Part shown: positions 1 through 11,883 of the stretch, one piece after another | Position numbering within the stretch: the stretch's first letter is position 1 | Layout: the number at the start of each line of letters is the position of its first letter | Source: Vicinamibacteria bacterium | GTDB lineage: Bacteria; Acidobacteriota; Vicinamibacteria; Vicinamibacterales; JAENWD01 | DNA: 64,000 nt | Assembly: GCA_963837165.1 (NCBI GenBank) | Contig: CAWIMD010000002.1 | Span: forward strand, 33,644 to 97,643 | Direction: 5' to 3' | Notes under the pieces: model-generated | What the model saw: the letters and a program-made list of their open reading frames with translations, nothing else | Told to the model about the DNA's origin: nothing | The model's database searches: none | Made by a program: the position numbers and the translations under genes

Positions 1-1
1 G

Positions 2-853
2 CTGGCGCTGCGCAAGAGCCTGATCGACCTGGACGGACGCACCGAGGTGAAGCGCCTCGAGCTGGCGTCCTTCCAATCGCAGCTCGAGCGCGACCGGCAG
101 CTGTTTGCGCAGGGCCTGCTCTCGAAGGAGCAGCTGAAGAAGTCCGAGCTCGCCGCGACGCAGGCGGACATCGAGCTGAAGCAGATCACGGCCGAGCGCG
201 CCAACGCGCAGGACGCCACGAAGGCGGAGCTCGACGGCCTGGACCTCGAGATCGGCAAGCTGCGGAAAGAGGAAGCCGAGGCCGCGCGCCTGCTGGGCCT
301 CGCCACGCCGCGCGCCGATCGCGCGGGCATCCTCACATGGGTCGTGACCGAGGAGGGCGCGTCGGTGCCGCGGGGCCAGGTGCTGGCGCGCGTGGCGGAC
401 TTCACGTCGTTCCGCGTGGACGCGAGCGTGTCGGATGTCTACGCCAAGCAGCTCGCGCCGGGCCAGCCCGCGCTGGTGAGAGCCGGCGAGGAGACGCTGA
501 CGGGCGCGGTGTCGCGGCTGAACCCGACGGTGGTCAACGGCGTGATCACGGTCGAAATCGGCCTGGACGACCGATCCAGCAAGCTGCTGCGCTCGAACCT
601 GCGCGTGGACGTACAGATCGTCACCGCCCGCCACGCGCGCACGCTGCGCATCAAGCGCGGCCCCTTCGCGACGGGCGAGGGGACCGGCGAGGCCTTCGTG
701 ATCCGTGGCGACCGCGCCGTCCGCACACCCGTGACGTTCGGCCTCTCGAGCCAGGAGTACTTCGAGGTGCTGTCCGGTCTCGTGCAGGGCGACGACGTGA
801 TCATCTCCGACATGCAGGACTACCAGCGGCTGCGCGAGGTGCGGCTTCGCTGA
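2..853 (+). CDS. Efflux transporter periplasmic adaptor subunit (HlyD/MacA-like), 5' end cut by window edge
   Basis: The frame is open from the window edge to the stop at 853. It has a coiled-coil stretch (LKKSELAATQADIELKQITAERANAQ) followed by a beta-rich C-terminus. It lies directly upstream of an ABC ATPase and FtsX permeases. Confidence 0.75.
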   Translation: MALRKSLIDLDGRTEVKRLELASFQSQLERDRQLFAQGLLSKEQLKKSELAATQADIELKQITAERANAQDATKAELDGLDLEIGKLRKEEAEAARLLGLATPRADRAGILTWVVTEEGASVPRGQVLARVADFTSFRVDASVSDVYAKQLAPGQPALVRAGEETLTGAVSRLNPTVVNGVITVEIGLDDRSSKLLRSNLRVDVQIVTARHARTLRIKRGPFATGEGTGEAFVIRGDRAVRTPVTFGLSSQEYFEVLSGLVQGDDVIISDMQDYQRLREVRLR

Positions 854-906
854 GGGGGACGGCCAGGACGCGGCCGGGACGTGCCGGCCAGGGAGAACCA
901 GACGCC

Positions 907-1626
<720 letters not shown>

Positions 1627-1645
1627 CCGCGGAAGGAGCCCGCCG

Positions 1646-2893
1646 ATGATCCGCAACTACCTCACGCTGGCCTGGAAGGTCCTCCTCCGGCGCAAGTTCT
1701 TCACGTTCATCTCACTGTTCGGCATCTGCTTCACGCTGGTCGTGCTCGTGCTCGTCACCGCGCTGCTCGACCACATTGCCGGCCAGTACCCGCCGGAAAC
1801 GCGGCAGGACCGCACGGTCGGCATCTACTTCGCGAGCCTGCGCGGCGAGCACTGGCGGCGGAACGGGTTCGCCGGCTTTGCCCTCATCGACAAGTGCGCG
1901 CGCGACCTGCCGAACGTCGAAACCCTCGGCATCGCCAGCCTGCCGAACGGCGTCTTCTCGTACCTGAACGGCCAGCGCGTGAAGTCGTGGCTGAAGCGCA
2001 CGGATGGCAACTACTGGCAGATCCTCGACTTCCAGTTCGTCGAAGGCGGACCGTTCACCGCCGACGACGTGCGGAACGGGCGCATGGTGGCGGTGATCAA
2101 CGAAGCGACACGGCAGCGGTTCTTCGGCGGCGCGCCCGCCGTGGGACGCACGATCGAGGCCGACGGCCAGCGGTTCACCGTCATGGGCGTCGTCCCGAAC
2201 GTGCCCATCCTGCGGTGGGTGCCGTTCGCCGACATCTGGGTGCCGTACACGACCGCGAAGAGCGACGCCTACAAGCGCGAGTGGGTCGGGGACTTCATGG
2301 CCCTGCTGCTGCTGAAGGACCCATCGAAGCTGGCGCTCACCCGCGACGAACTGTGGTCGCGCCTGAAGGCGGTGCAGATCGACGAGCCGAAGGGCATGCA
2401 ATCGCTCGACGCCACGCCCGAGACGCTCTGGGACAGCATCGGCCGGATGTTCGTCGGCGACGGCACCGGGGCGGGCACCGGCTACGGACGCCGGCTGCAG
2501 ATGTTCCTTGCGGCGGCCGCCGGCCTGTTCATGCTGCTGCCGGCCGTCAACCTGGTGAACCTGAACACGAGCCGCATCATGGAGCGTGCGTCGGAAATCG
2601 GCGTGCGGAAGGCGTTCGGCGCCTCGTCGCTCACGCTCGTGTGGCAGTTCGTGGTCGAGAACGTGTTCCTGACGCTCGTCGGCGCGGCGCTGGGCTTCGT
2701 GATTGCCGCCTTCGTGCTGCGCGCGATCAACGGCAGCGGGCTGATCCTCTACGCGGAGCTGCACCTGAACTACCGGATCTTCGGCTGGGGGGTCCTCATG
2801 GCGGTGGCGTTCGGCCTGCTCTCGGGCGTCTACCCGGCCTGGCGCATGTCGCGGCTGCACCCGGTGCAGGCGCTGAAGGGAGCCTCGCGATGA
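1646..2893 (+). CDS. ABC transporter permease, FtsX/MacB-type (single FtsX domain)
   Basis: An N-terminal TM is followed by a large periplasmic domain and a C-terminal 3-TM FtsX block (RKAFGASSLTLVWQF). The RBS GGAAGGAG precedes the ATG. Confidence 0.8.
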   Translation: MIRNYLTLAWKVLLRRKFFTFISLFGICFTLVVLVLVTALLDHIAGQYPPETRQDRTVGIYFASLRGEHWRRNGFAGFALIDKCARDLPNVETLGIASLPNGVFSYLNGQRVKSWLKRTDGNYWQILDFQFVEGGPFTADDVRNGRMVAVINEATRQRFFGGAPAVGRTIEADGQRFTVMGVVPNVPILRWVPFADIWVPYTTAKSDAYKREWVGDFMALLLLKDPSKLALTRDELWSRLKAVQIDEPKGMQSLDATPETLWDSIGRMFVGDGTGAGTGYGRRLQMFLAAAAGLFMLLPAVNLVNLNTSRIMERASEIGVRKAFGASSLTLVWQFVVENVFLTLVGAALGFVIAAFVLRAINGSGLILYAELHLNYRIFGWGVLMAVAFGLLSGVYPAWRMSRLHPVQALKGASR

Positions 2894-4113
2894 TCCGCCA
2901 CATCTTCAGGTTGATCTGGAACCGCAAGCGCACGAACCTGCTGATGATGCTCGAGATCCTGGTCTCGTTCCTCGTGCTCTTCGCGGTCGTCGCGCTCGGC
3001 GTCTACACGGCCGACAACTGGCGCCGTCCGCGCGGGTTCAGCATCGACAACGTGTGGGACGTGTCGGTGGACATGAAGCAGACCGGAGACGACGACTTCA
3101 GCGCCGAGCAGCAGCAGACGATCGAGCAGGTCCTTCTGGCGCTGAAGGGCTTTCCCGAGATCGAGCGCTCGGGCGGGACCATGCTGGCCCCGTACCAGAT
3201 GGGGTCGTCCAACAGCCGCTACGACTGGCACAAGCGGCGGATCGAGTACGGCGTGGCCGAGGTGACCGACGGCTTCAGGGACGTCCTCGGGCTCCAGGTG
3301 GTCGAGGGACGCTGGTTCGGGCCGGAAGACGACGGCCAGAACTACCAGCCCGTCGTCATCAACGAGGCGATGCGGCGTGAGCTGTTCGGCGACGGCCCGG
3401 CACTCGGCCAGTCGCTGCGGGGCGACCCGGATCCGGGCGTGCCGCCTCCCACCGACCCGGCGCCGCGCATCGTCGGCGTGGTGGCGGCGTACCGCGAGGA
3501 CGGCGAGTTCGACGGCACGCGGAACTACGTCATCTTCCGGAAGAACCTGCAGGGCGGCACCGACCGGCGCGACCGCCCGCCGCGGAACCTGCTGATCAAG
3601 GTTCGCCCCGGCACGACGGCCGAGTTCGAGGAGCGGCTGACGAAGCGGCTGCAGGAGGTGGCGCCCGACTGGTCGTTCGAGGTCACCCCGCTCAGCGAGA
3701 TGCGCGCCTCGTTCAACGGCTTCGCCTTCGCGCCCCTGATCGCGGTCGGACTGGTCGCCGCGTTCCTGATGCTGATGGTCGGTCTGGGCCTGGTCGGGGT
3801 GCTCTGGCAGAACGTGACGCAGCGCACGCGCGAGATGGGCCTCCGGCGCGCCAAGGGGGCCACACGGGTGAACGTCCAGCGCCAGATCCTCGGCGAGATC
3901 GCGGTGATGACCGCCATCGCGCTCGCCGTGGGGACCCTGCTCGCCATCCAGTTCCCGCTGCTCCACATCATCTACTTCGTGGAGCCGCACGTGTACGCGA
4001 TCGGTCTTATCATCTCGCTGGCGGCGATCGTCCTGCTGACGCTGGCGTGCGGCTGGTATCCGAGCCGCATGGCCACGCGGGTGGAGCCGGCGGAAGCGTT
4101 AAGGTATGAGTAG
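2890..4113 (+). CDS. ABC transporter permease, FtsX/MacB-type (second copy)
   Basis: The ATG at 2890 overlaps the upstream stop (ATGA). The architecture matches the previous gene, with C-terminal RRAKGATRVNVQRQ and TM helices. Confidence 0.8.
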   Translation: MIRHIFRLIWNRKRTNLLMMLEILVSFLVLFAVVALGVYTADNWRRPRGFSIDNVWDVSVDMKQTGDDDFSAEQQQTIEQVLLALKGFPEIERSGGTMLAPYQMGSSNSRYDWHKRRIEYGVAEVTDGFRDVLGLQVVEGRWFGPEDDGQNYQPVVINEAMRRELFGDGPALGQSLRGDPDPGVPPPTDPAPRIVGVVAAYREDGEFDGTRNYVIFRKNLQGGTDRRDRPPRNLLIKVRPGTTAEFEERLTKRLQEVAPDWSFEVTPLSEMRASFNGFAFAPLIAVGLVAAFLMLMVGLGLVGVLWQNVTQRTREMGLRRAKGATRVNVQRQILGEIAVMTAIALAVGTLLAIQFPLLHIIYFVEPHVYAIGLIISLAAIVLLTLACGWYPSRMATRVEPAEALRYE

Positions 4114-4119
4114 GAGTCC

Positions 4120-5486
<1,367 letters not shown>

Positions 5487-5490
<4 letters not shown>

Positions 5491-6791
5491 GCCTGCGTAC
5501 CCGGTTCACGGTCTACCTGGTCGCGGTGCACCTGCTGCTGGCGGGGCTGGCGGCCTGGCTGATCGCGCAGAACCGCCTCTGGCTCGTCGCGGCCGAGATC
5601 GTGCTCGCGGCCTCGTTCGCGACCGGCCTGGTCCTCGTCCGCCGCTTCTTCACGTCCCTGTCGTTCGTCCGCGACAGCGCGCAGCTGCTCGAGGACTCCG
5701 ATTTCATGTCGCGCGTCCGCCTGGTCGGGCAGCCGGGCATCGACCGCCTGATCCAGGTCTACAACCGGATGGTGGACTCGCTGCGCGAGGAGCGCGTGCG
5801 GCTGCAGGAACAGCAGCAGTTCCTCGCGCGCGTGCTCCGCGAGTCGCCGGGCGGCATCCTCGTGCTCGACTTCGACGGCCGGATCCAGATGGCGAACCCG
5901 GCCGCCGCGCGTCTGCTGGGCGCCGTGCCCGCGGACGTGGAAGGCCGCGCGCTCGACGTGCTGGAGCGGCCCCTGGCCGTGGCCCTCCAGGCGCTGCCGG
6001 CGGGTGAGGTCCGCGTCGTGCCGCTCTGGGGCGGGCGTCGCGTCCGCGCCTCGCACGGCACGTTCCCGGATCGCGGCTTCCGCCGCAGCTTCTTCCTGCT
6101 AGAGGAGCTGACCGAGGAGCTGCGGCAGTCGGAGAAGGCGGCGTACGAGAAGCTGATCCGCATGCTGTCCCACGAAGTCAACAACACCGTCGGCGCCTCG
6201 AGCTCGCTCCTCAGGTCCTGTCTCGCGTACGGCCGCCAGCTCGCGCCCGACGACCGTGCCGACTTCGAGCAGGCCATCGGCGTGATCATCGGGCGCACGG
6301 CGCAGCTGAACGCCTTCATGCGCAGCTTCGCGGATGTCGTGCGCCTGCCGCCGCCCAACCGGCAATCGCTCGACCTCGAGGCGCTCGTCGAGGATCTCGT
6401 GCGGCTGCTGACGCCGGACGCCGCCGCGCGCGGCATTGCCGTCCGCCAGGCGGTCGCGCCGGGCCTGCCGTCCGTGCGCGTCGACCGGTCGCAGTTCGAG
6501 CAGGCGCTGCTCAACATCGCGAAGAACGGGCTCGACGCGATCGGCCGCGACGGCGTGCTGACGATCCGCGTGGCCCGGGGAGAGGACGGAATCGTGCTGG
6601 AGATCGAGGACACAGGCCCGGGCATCCCGCCCGAGGTCCGGGAGCAGCTCTTCACGCCGTTCTTCAGCACGAAGGAGGGCGGCCAGGGCATCGGCCTCAC
6701 GCTGGTGCAGGAGATCCTCGCGAACCACCAGATTCCCTTCGCGCTGGACGGCCCGCCGGGAGGGCCGACGCGGTTCAGGATGGTCGTGTGA
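5487..6791 (+). CDS. Sensor histidine kinase (TM/HAMP-PAS-HisKA-HATPase)
   Basis: The GTG start overlaps the regulator stop by 4 nt. H-box is LSHEVNNT, N-box is NIAKNGLDA and G-box is DTGPGIP...GQGIGL. Confidence 0.85.
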
Positions 6792-6793
6792 CA

Positions 6794-6862
6794 TTGCGGA
6801 ATGCGGAATGCGGAATGCGGAGCGGGGAATCAATTCGGAATTCGGAATGGGGAATGCGGAGA
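6794..6862 (+). repeat. Tandem heptamer array (RTGCGGA)n, left arm flanking the four-helix-bundle gene
   Basis: TTGCGGA ATGCGGA ATGCGGA ATGCGGA is followed by degenerate units (CGGAATT CGGAATG GGGAATG CGGAG). Confidence 0.9.
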
Positions 6863-6880
6863 TTGCCATCAGCACATGGC

Positions 6881-7237
6881 ATGAGCTCTGACGAACTGAA
6901 GGCACGAACCCGCACGTTTGCCATCGCCGTCATGCGCGTGCTGGCGCCGCTGTTGTCGCACCCCCTCGGTCGTCACCCCGCCGATCAGGGGATTCGCTCC
7001 AGCGGATCAACCGCCAGCAACTACCGCGCCGCCTGCCGCGCCAGGTCCAGAGCCGACTTCATCGCGAAGATGGGCATCGTCGAAGAGGAAGCGGACGAGA
7101 GCGAATTCTGGGTCGGCATGCTCGAGGAACTACACCTCATCACCACTGACGTCGCCGCGCCCCTGCGGCGCGAGGCAGACGAGCTCACGCGAATCGCCGT
7201 TGCCTCGATCCGAACCGCACGAGGCAGGCGCCTCTGA
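6881..7237 (+). CDS. Four-helix-bundle protein (23S rRNA intervening-sequence protein / Avd family)
   Basis: Family-typical motifs are SSGSTASNYRAACRARSRADFIAKMGIVEEEADESEFWVGML. I chose the internal ATG at 6881 because the upstream part of track ORF 6788.. only translates the heptamer repeat. Confidence 0.75.
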   Translation: MSSDELKARTRTFAIAVMRVLAPLLSHPLGRHPADQGIRSSGSTASNYRAACRARSRADFIAKMGIVEEEADESEFWVGMLEELHLITTDVAAPLRREADELTRIAVASIRTARGRRL

Positions 7238-7242
7238 GAGCC

Positions 7243-7283
7243 ATTCTGCATTCTTCCGCATTCCGCATTCCGCATTCCGCATT
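7243..7283 (-). repeat. Tandem heptamer array (TCCGCAT)n, right arm, inverted relative to 6794-6821
   Basis: There are four perfect TCCGCAT units at 7255-7282. Their reverse complement (ATGCGGA)x4 matches the left arm at 27 of 28 positions. Confidence 0.9.
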
Positions 7284-8961
7284 AGTACCTGACCCACCGC
7301 CCGATCCAGTACCGCGACGCCTCCCAGTGCTCCGCGTACCGGTAGGGCCCGATCGCCGCGGTCCGCGGTGAGTCACGGCTGACGACGACGAACGCGCGGA
7401 CGCCGGCCCGGGCCAGGTGGTCGCCGAGGGCCGGCCAGTCGCCGGCGCGCGCCACCAGCAGCACGTCCCGCGAGAAGTACAGCGGGCCCACCAGCTGAAT
7501 CTCCACGTCGTCGTCGATGACGATGACCGGATCCGGCAGGTGGCCGACGAGCGCCAGCGCGCCGTCGTCGTCGTGGCTGCGCGCGGCCCAGGCGGGCAGG
7601 GCCACGCCCAGCTCCATCACCACCGACCCGGCAATGAGCATCCAGCCGGCCACGCGGATCAGCCGCGTCATCCGCGTGCGCGACGCGGGGAGGCGCCACG
7701 ACGCGAAGCCCTCCCAGGCCGCGACGACGAGCAGCGGCCAGAGGCCGGCGGTGAGGCGGGGCCCCAGCCCCTTGCCGCCCGTCGTGGAGAGCGTGAGGAA
7801 CGTGAGGACCACGAAGGCCGCCGTCGTCACGCCGGCGATGCGGCGCACGTCGGATCGCGGCGTGCCGGGCGCGGCCGGCAAAAAGGCAAACACGAGGAAC
7901 GGCGCCAGCCGCATCAGGCCCGCCTCGAATCGGGGCGCCGGAACGAGGCGCGCCAGGAGCAGCAACTGCACGAGGGCTGCGGTGGCGACGACGGCCGCGA
8001 CGGCAGCCGGCCCGACCCGATGCCGGGCGAGCGCGTACGCGAGCGCGATCCCTGCCGCGCCCGCCACGGCAATCCACGTGCTCCCGCCCACGGTCCAGTA
8101 GTTGACGACCGTCTCCCAGCGCTCGGGCCAGGAGAGGGACGGGAGATGGGGAAGGACGGCGTGGCTGCGCGGGAGCACGAGATTCAGGAACGGCGCCGCG
8201 TGGCGCAGGTGCGCCAGCGGCGGCCGATCGAGCCACGCCCCGTCCACGGCCGCCATCGCCAGGATGGGGCCGGCCACCCACGCCAGCAGGTGCGCGGGAC
8301 GGAAGACCCGGCTGCGCAGGTAGCGGGCGAAGAGCAGGCCCGGGAGCAGGAGGAGCGCCTCGTCGCGGAACACGGCCGCCAGGCCGAGTCCCAGCCCGGC
8401 CAGCCGGTCGCCACGCTCACCGCCGTCGAACGCCGCCGCGAACGCGAACGCGGCGCCCGCGATCGCGAGGGTCGTCTCGCCGGAGCCGATCGCGTAGAAC
8501 CACACGGGCGTGGCGAAGAGGAGCAGCGCGCCCGTCTGCCAGCGGAAGCCGCCAGCGCCGAGCAGCGCCGTCGCGGGGACCGCCAGGGCGCCGCCCACCA
8601 CGGCCCAGACCGTGAGCGAGGCCGGACCGAGGGCGACGAGCGGCGAGGCAAGCAGCGCGAACGCGGACGGGAAGATGCTCTGGAACCGCCCCGCGCTCAG
8701 AAACACGAACGGAGGCTCGAAGGGGAAGAAGACCCCCTCGGGATCGAGCGGCGCACCGGGATACGGGAGCGCCATCGAGCGGAACCCCGAGTCCAGGAAC
8801 GCGCGCGCCTGGATGTACTTGACGGCCGAATCAATCGAGAAGAACCCCGCGTGCCCGAGCAGGCCGAACGCCAGCAGCGACAGCACGGCGGCCGCCAGCG
8901 CCGTCATCACGGCGGCCGCGCGCCAGGGCCGCGGCGCTGCCGTTCCTGCGTCAGCCTGCAT
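7282..8961 (-). CDS. Polytopic membrane protein, possibly a GT-C-fold glycosyltransferase (ArnT/PMT-like)
   Basis: A 559-aa ORF with many hydrophobic helices and a soluble C-terminal domain. The function is only a guess from the architecture. Confidence 0.55.
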   Translation of the reverse strand: MQADAGTAAPRPWRAAAVMTALAAAVLSLLAFGLLGHAGFFSIDSAVKYIQARAFLDSGFRSMALPYPGAPLDPEGVFFPFEPPFVFLSAGRFQSIFPSAFALLASPLVALGPASLTVWAVVGGALAVPATALLGAGGFRWQTGALLLFATPVWFYAIGSGETTLAIAGAAFAFAAAFDGGERGDRLAGLGLGLAAVFRDEALLLLPGLLFARYLRSRVFRPAHLLAWVAGPILAMAAVDGAWLDRPPLAHLRHAAPFLNLVLPRSHAVLPHLPSLSWPERWETVVNYWTVGGSTWIAVAGAAGIALAYALARHRVGPAAVAAVVATAALVQLLLLARLVPAPRFEAGLMRLAPFLVFAFLPAAPGTPRSDVRRIAGVTTAAFVVLTFLTLSTTGGKGLGPRLTAGLWPLLVVAAWEGFASWRLPASRTRMTRLIRVAGWMLIAGSVVMELGVALPAWAARSHDDDGALALVGHLPDPVIVIDDDVEIQLVGPLYFSRDVLLVARAGDWPALGDHLARAGVRAFVVVSRDSPRTAAIGPYRYAEHWEASRYWIGRWVRY

Positions 8962-9032
8962 GGCTGGGAGCCTACCATGCGGGCCCGGCCGCTCAGGGCG
9001 TTGTGAGACACTGGATCGGGCAGGAGGAGACC

Positions 9033-10127
9033 ATGACCATCACCGGCTTGCACCACATCACGGCCGGTGCGCTCGACGCGCAGCGCACGATTGACTTCTA
9101 CACCGGCGTGCTCGGCCTGCGGTTCGTCAAGAAGACCGTCAACTTCGACGACCCGGGCAGCTATCATCTGTACTTCGGCGACGAGCGCGGGACGCCCGGC
9201 TCGGTGATCACGTTCTTCGAGTGGCCGGGCGTGCCCACGGGGCGGCCCGGCATCGGCGGGACGCACCATCTCGCCCTGAAGGTGGGCTCGACCGACGCGC
9301 AGCTCAAGTGGAAGCGGCGACTGACCGATCTGGGCATCGCCGTGACCGGTCCATTCGATCGCGCCTACTTCACGTCGATCTACTTCCGCGATCCCGACGG
9401 CCTGATCCTCGAGATCGCAACGCTCGAGCCGGGGTGGGCGGTGGACGAGGATCCGGCGGCGCTCGGCCAGGCGCTGATCGAGCCGCCGGCCCGGCTCGTG
9501 AAGGGGCATCGCGACGAGGAGGCCATCCGCGCCGCGACGTGGCCCGACCCGGTGCCGGTCATCACGTCCGACATGGCCCTCACCGCCGGGATGCACCACA
9601 TCACCGCCATCGGGTCCGACGTGGCCGCCACCGACGCCTTCTACAGCGGCCTGCTCGGCATGCGCCGCGTGAAGAAGACGAAGAACTTCGACGACCCCGC
9701 CTCGGCGCACTGGTACTGGGGCGACCAGGCGGGGCGGCCCGGCACCCTCGTCACCTACTTCGAGCGGGACGCGGCGCGTGAAGCGCACGCGCGGATCGGG
9801 ACGGGGCAGACCCATCACTTCGCCTTCGCGGTGAAGGACGCCGACGAGCAGATGGCGTGGCGGGAGCGGCTCATGGAGGCCGGCCTGCGGGTGTCACCGG
9901 TCATGAACCGCGTCTACTTCAAGAGCATCTACACCAGCGATCCCGACGGGCACATCGTCGAGCTCGCCACGCTCGGCCCGGGGTTCGGGGTGGACGAGCC
10001 GTGGGAGTCGCTGGGTCAGGCGCTCCAGTTGCCGCCGTGGCTCGAGCGGCACCGGCTCGACATCGAGCCGCAGCTGAAGCCGGTGACCGCCCCGGCGTGG
10101 CCCCTGGCGGCCGAGGCCGTGGGCTGA
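9033..10127 (+). CDS. Ring-cleaving dioxygenase, VOC/glyoxalase superfamily (MhqO-like, duplicated domain)
   Basis: GLHHITA / GMHHITA starts two tandem VOC modules, and YFRDPDGLILEIAT / YTSDPDGHIVELAT end them. The RBS AGGAGGA precedes the ATG at 9033. Confidence 0.8.
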   Translation: MTITGLHHITAGALDAQRTIDFYTGVLGLRFVKKTVNFDDPGSYHLYFGDERGTPGSVITFFEWPGVPTGRPGIGGTHHLALKVGSTDAQLKWKRRLTDLGIAVTGPFDRAYFTSIYFRDPDGLILEIATLEPGWAVDEDPAALGQALIEPPARLVKGHRDEEAIRAATWPDPVPVITSDMALTAGMHHITAIGSDVAATDAFYSGLLGMRRVKKTKNFDDPASAHWYWGDQAGRPGTLVTYFERDAAREAHARIGTGQTHHFAFAVKDADEQMAWRERLMEAGLRVSPVMNRVYFKSIYTSDPDGHIVELATLGPGFGVDEPWESLGQALQLPPWLERHRLDIEPQLKPVTAPAWPLAAEAVG

Positions 10128-10780
10128 TGCTGCACGTCCGATCCGGGGGCCCGCATCACGGCCAGCCGATTCGACGCGCCGGCGCGCCGCTCGGCGCCGG
10201 CCGAGCGGCCGGCATCCTGCTGCACGGGCGGGGCGCCACCGCCGAGAGCATTCTCGACCTCGTGCGCGTGCTGGCGTCGGACGGCATCACGTGGCTCGCC
10301 CCGCAGGCGGCCGGGCACACGTGGTATCCGAACCGGTTCGTTGCGCCGATCGAGACGAACGAGCCGTGGCTGACCTCCGCGCTCGATGCCGTGGGGGACG
10401 CGCTCGCGCAGATCGAGCTGGCCGGCATCGGCCGACGCCACGTGATCCTGGCCGGCTTCTCGCAGGGCGCCTGTCTTGCCCTGGAGTTCGTCGTCCGCAC
10501 GCCCGCGCGCTATGGCGGCGTGGCGGGCCTGAGCGGCGGCCTGATCGGGCCGCCCGGGACCGAGTGGCCCGATCGCGGGTCGCTCGACGGCACGCCGGTG
10601 TTCCTCGGATGCAGCGACGTGGACGATCACATCCCGAAGGCGCGGGTGCTCGAATCGGCGGCCGCGCTGCGGGCGCGGGGCGCCGCCGTCGTGGACGTCC
10701 TGTATCCGGGGATGGGCCACACCGTGAACGAGGACGAGATGGCGCACGTCCAGCGCGTGGTCGAAGGCCTGTTCGACTGA
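10127..10780 (+). CDS. Phospholipase/carboxylesterase-family alpha/beta hydrolase (MhqD-like)
   Basis: The nucleophile elbow is GFSQGA, with a downstream D and H (GMGHTV). The start overlaps the upstream stop (TGATG). Confidence 0.8.
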   Translation: MLHVRSGGPHHGQPIRRAGAPLGAGRAAGILLHGRGATAESILDLVRVLASDGITWLAPQAAGHTWYPNRFVAPIETNEPWLTSALDAVGDALAQIELAGIGRRHVILAGFSQGACLALEFVVRTPARYGGVAGLSGGLIGPPGTEWPDRGSLDGTPVFLGCSDVDDHIPKARVLESAAALRARGAAVVDVLYPGMGHTVNEDEMAHVQRVVEGLFD

Positions 10781-10880
10781 GCGCGGCCGGGTTGTCCGAC
10801 CACCAGCCCGCCGTGTAGCATGCGCCAGAGGGTGGCCGCAACCTCGCGGCGCCACGACCTCATCCTCGGGGAGATTCGAC

Positions 10881-11816
10881 GTGACTACCCACCATGGCAT
10901 GACCCGCAGGGAAGTGATGCAACTGGCGGCAACGACCGGCCTGGGCCTGATGGCCGGCGTGCGCACCGCCAACGCGAAGGCCCCCGCCATCCTCGGTGTG
11001 CAGCTGTACACCGTGCGCGATCTGATCGGGAAGGAGCCGGCCGACACGCTGAAGGCCATCGCGGACATCGGCTACAAGGAAGTCGAGGTCATCCGCGGGA
11101 CCCTCGACACCGTGGTGCCGCTCGCGAAGGCCGACGGCCTGAACCCGGTGAGCGTGCACGTGGACAGCGTCCTGATCACGGGCAACTGGGACTCGTACCA
11201 GCAGATGGTGGCCCGGTTCCCGGGCGCGGCGCTGCCGAAGGGCTACGATCTCGCGGCGGCGATCGCGGACGTCAAGAAGGCCGGCGCGAAGTACATCGTC
11301 ATGCCGTACCTCGCGCCCAACGAGCGGCCCAAGGACGCCGACGGCTTCAAGGCGTTCGGCCAGACGCTGAACAAGGCCGGCGAGCAGGTGAAGAAGGCGG
11401 GCCTGCAGCTCTGCTATCACAACCACGCGTTCGAGTTCACGCCGCTGGCCGACGGGTCGCGGGCGCTCGACGTGCTGCTGGCCTCGGCCGACCCGGACCT
11501 GGTGAAACTGGAGCTCGACGTGTTCTGGGTCAGCGTCGCCGGCGCCGATCCGGTGGCGCTCATCACGCAGTACTCGCAGCGCATCGCGCTCATGCACCTC
11601 AAGGACAAGATGAAGGGCGCGCCGGTGTCCCTCACCGAGATGGTGCCGCCGACGACCTTCGTCGAGGTGGGAAGCGGCGCGCTCGACTTCCCGGCCATTC
11701 TGGCTGCCGCCGACGCGGCCCACGTGCAGCACTACTTCGTGGAGCAGGATCAGACGTCGGGGAACCCGATCGACAGCCTCCGGAAGAGCTATCAGTACCT
11801 GCGCAGCCTGACCTGA
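10881..11816 (+). CDS. Sugar phosphate isomerase/epimerase (xylose-isomerase-like TIM barrel) with Tat-type signal
   Basis: The N-terminus TRREVMQLAATTGLGLMAG..ANA looks like a Tat signal. The TIM-barrel body carries HNHAFEF and HLKD motifs. The start is GTG. Confidence 0.8.
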   Translation: MTTHHGMTRREVMQLAATTGLGLMAGVRTANAKAPAILGVQLYTVRDLIGKEPADTLKAIADIGYKEVEVIRGTLDTVVPLAKADGLNPVSVHVDSVLITGNWDSYQQMVARFPGAALPKGYDLAAAIADVKKAGAKYIVMPYLAPNERPKDADGFKAFGQTLNKAGEQVKKAGLQLCYHNHAFEFTPLADGSRALDVLLASADPDLVKLELDVFWVSVAGADPVALITQYSQRIALMHLKDKMKGAPVSLTEMVPPTTFVEVGSGALDFPAILAAADAAHVQHYFVEQDQTSGNPIDSLRKSYQYLRSLT

Positions 11817-11842
11817 GATTTCACGTGTGGCGCGGGCCCCCA

Positions 11843-11871
11843 GCAGGCCTGAAGGCCTGCGCTACATGTGG
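11843..11871 (+). repeat. REP-like palindromic unit GCAGGCCTGAAGGCCTGC + GCTACATG (possible terminator hairpin)
   Basis: A perfect 7-bp stem with a 4-nt loop lies 27 nt after the isomerase stop. The same 27-nt unit recurs, inverted, at 59085-59143. Confidence 0.8.
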
Positions 11872-11883
11872 GAGCGGCAGGCG

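Noticed and set aside
6788-6880. N-terminal extensions of ORFs through the heptamer arrays (6788..7237 starting MTLRNAECGMRSG; 22913..23581 starting MRNAECGM).
   Set aside because: The extra residues are simply the translated repeat (AECGMRN periodicity). In both cases an internal ATG gives a protein that starts where family similarity or a signal peptide begins.
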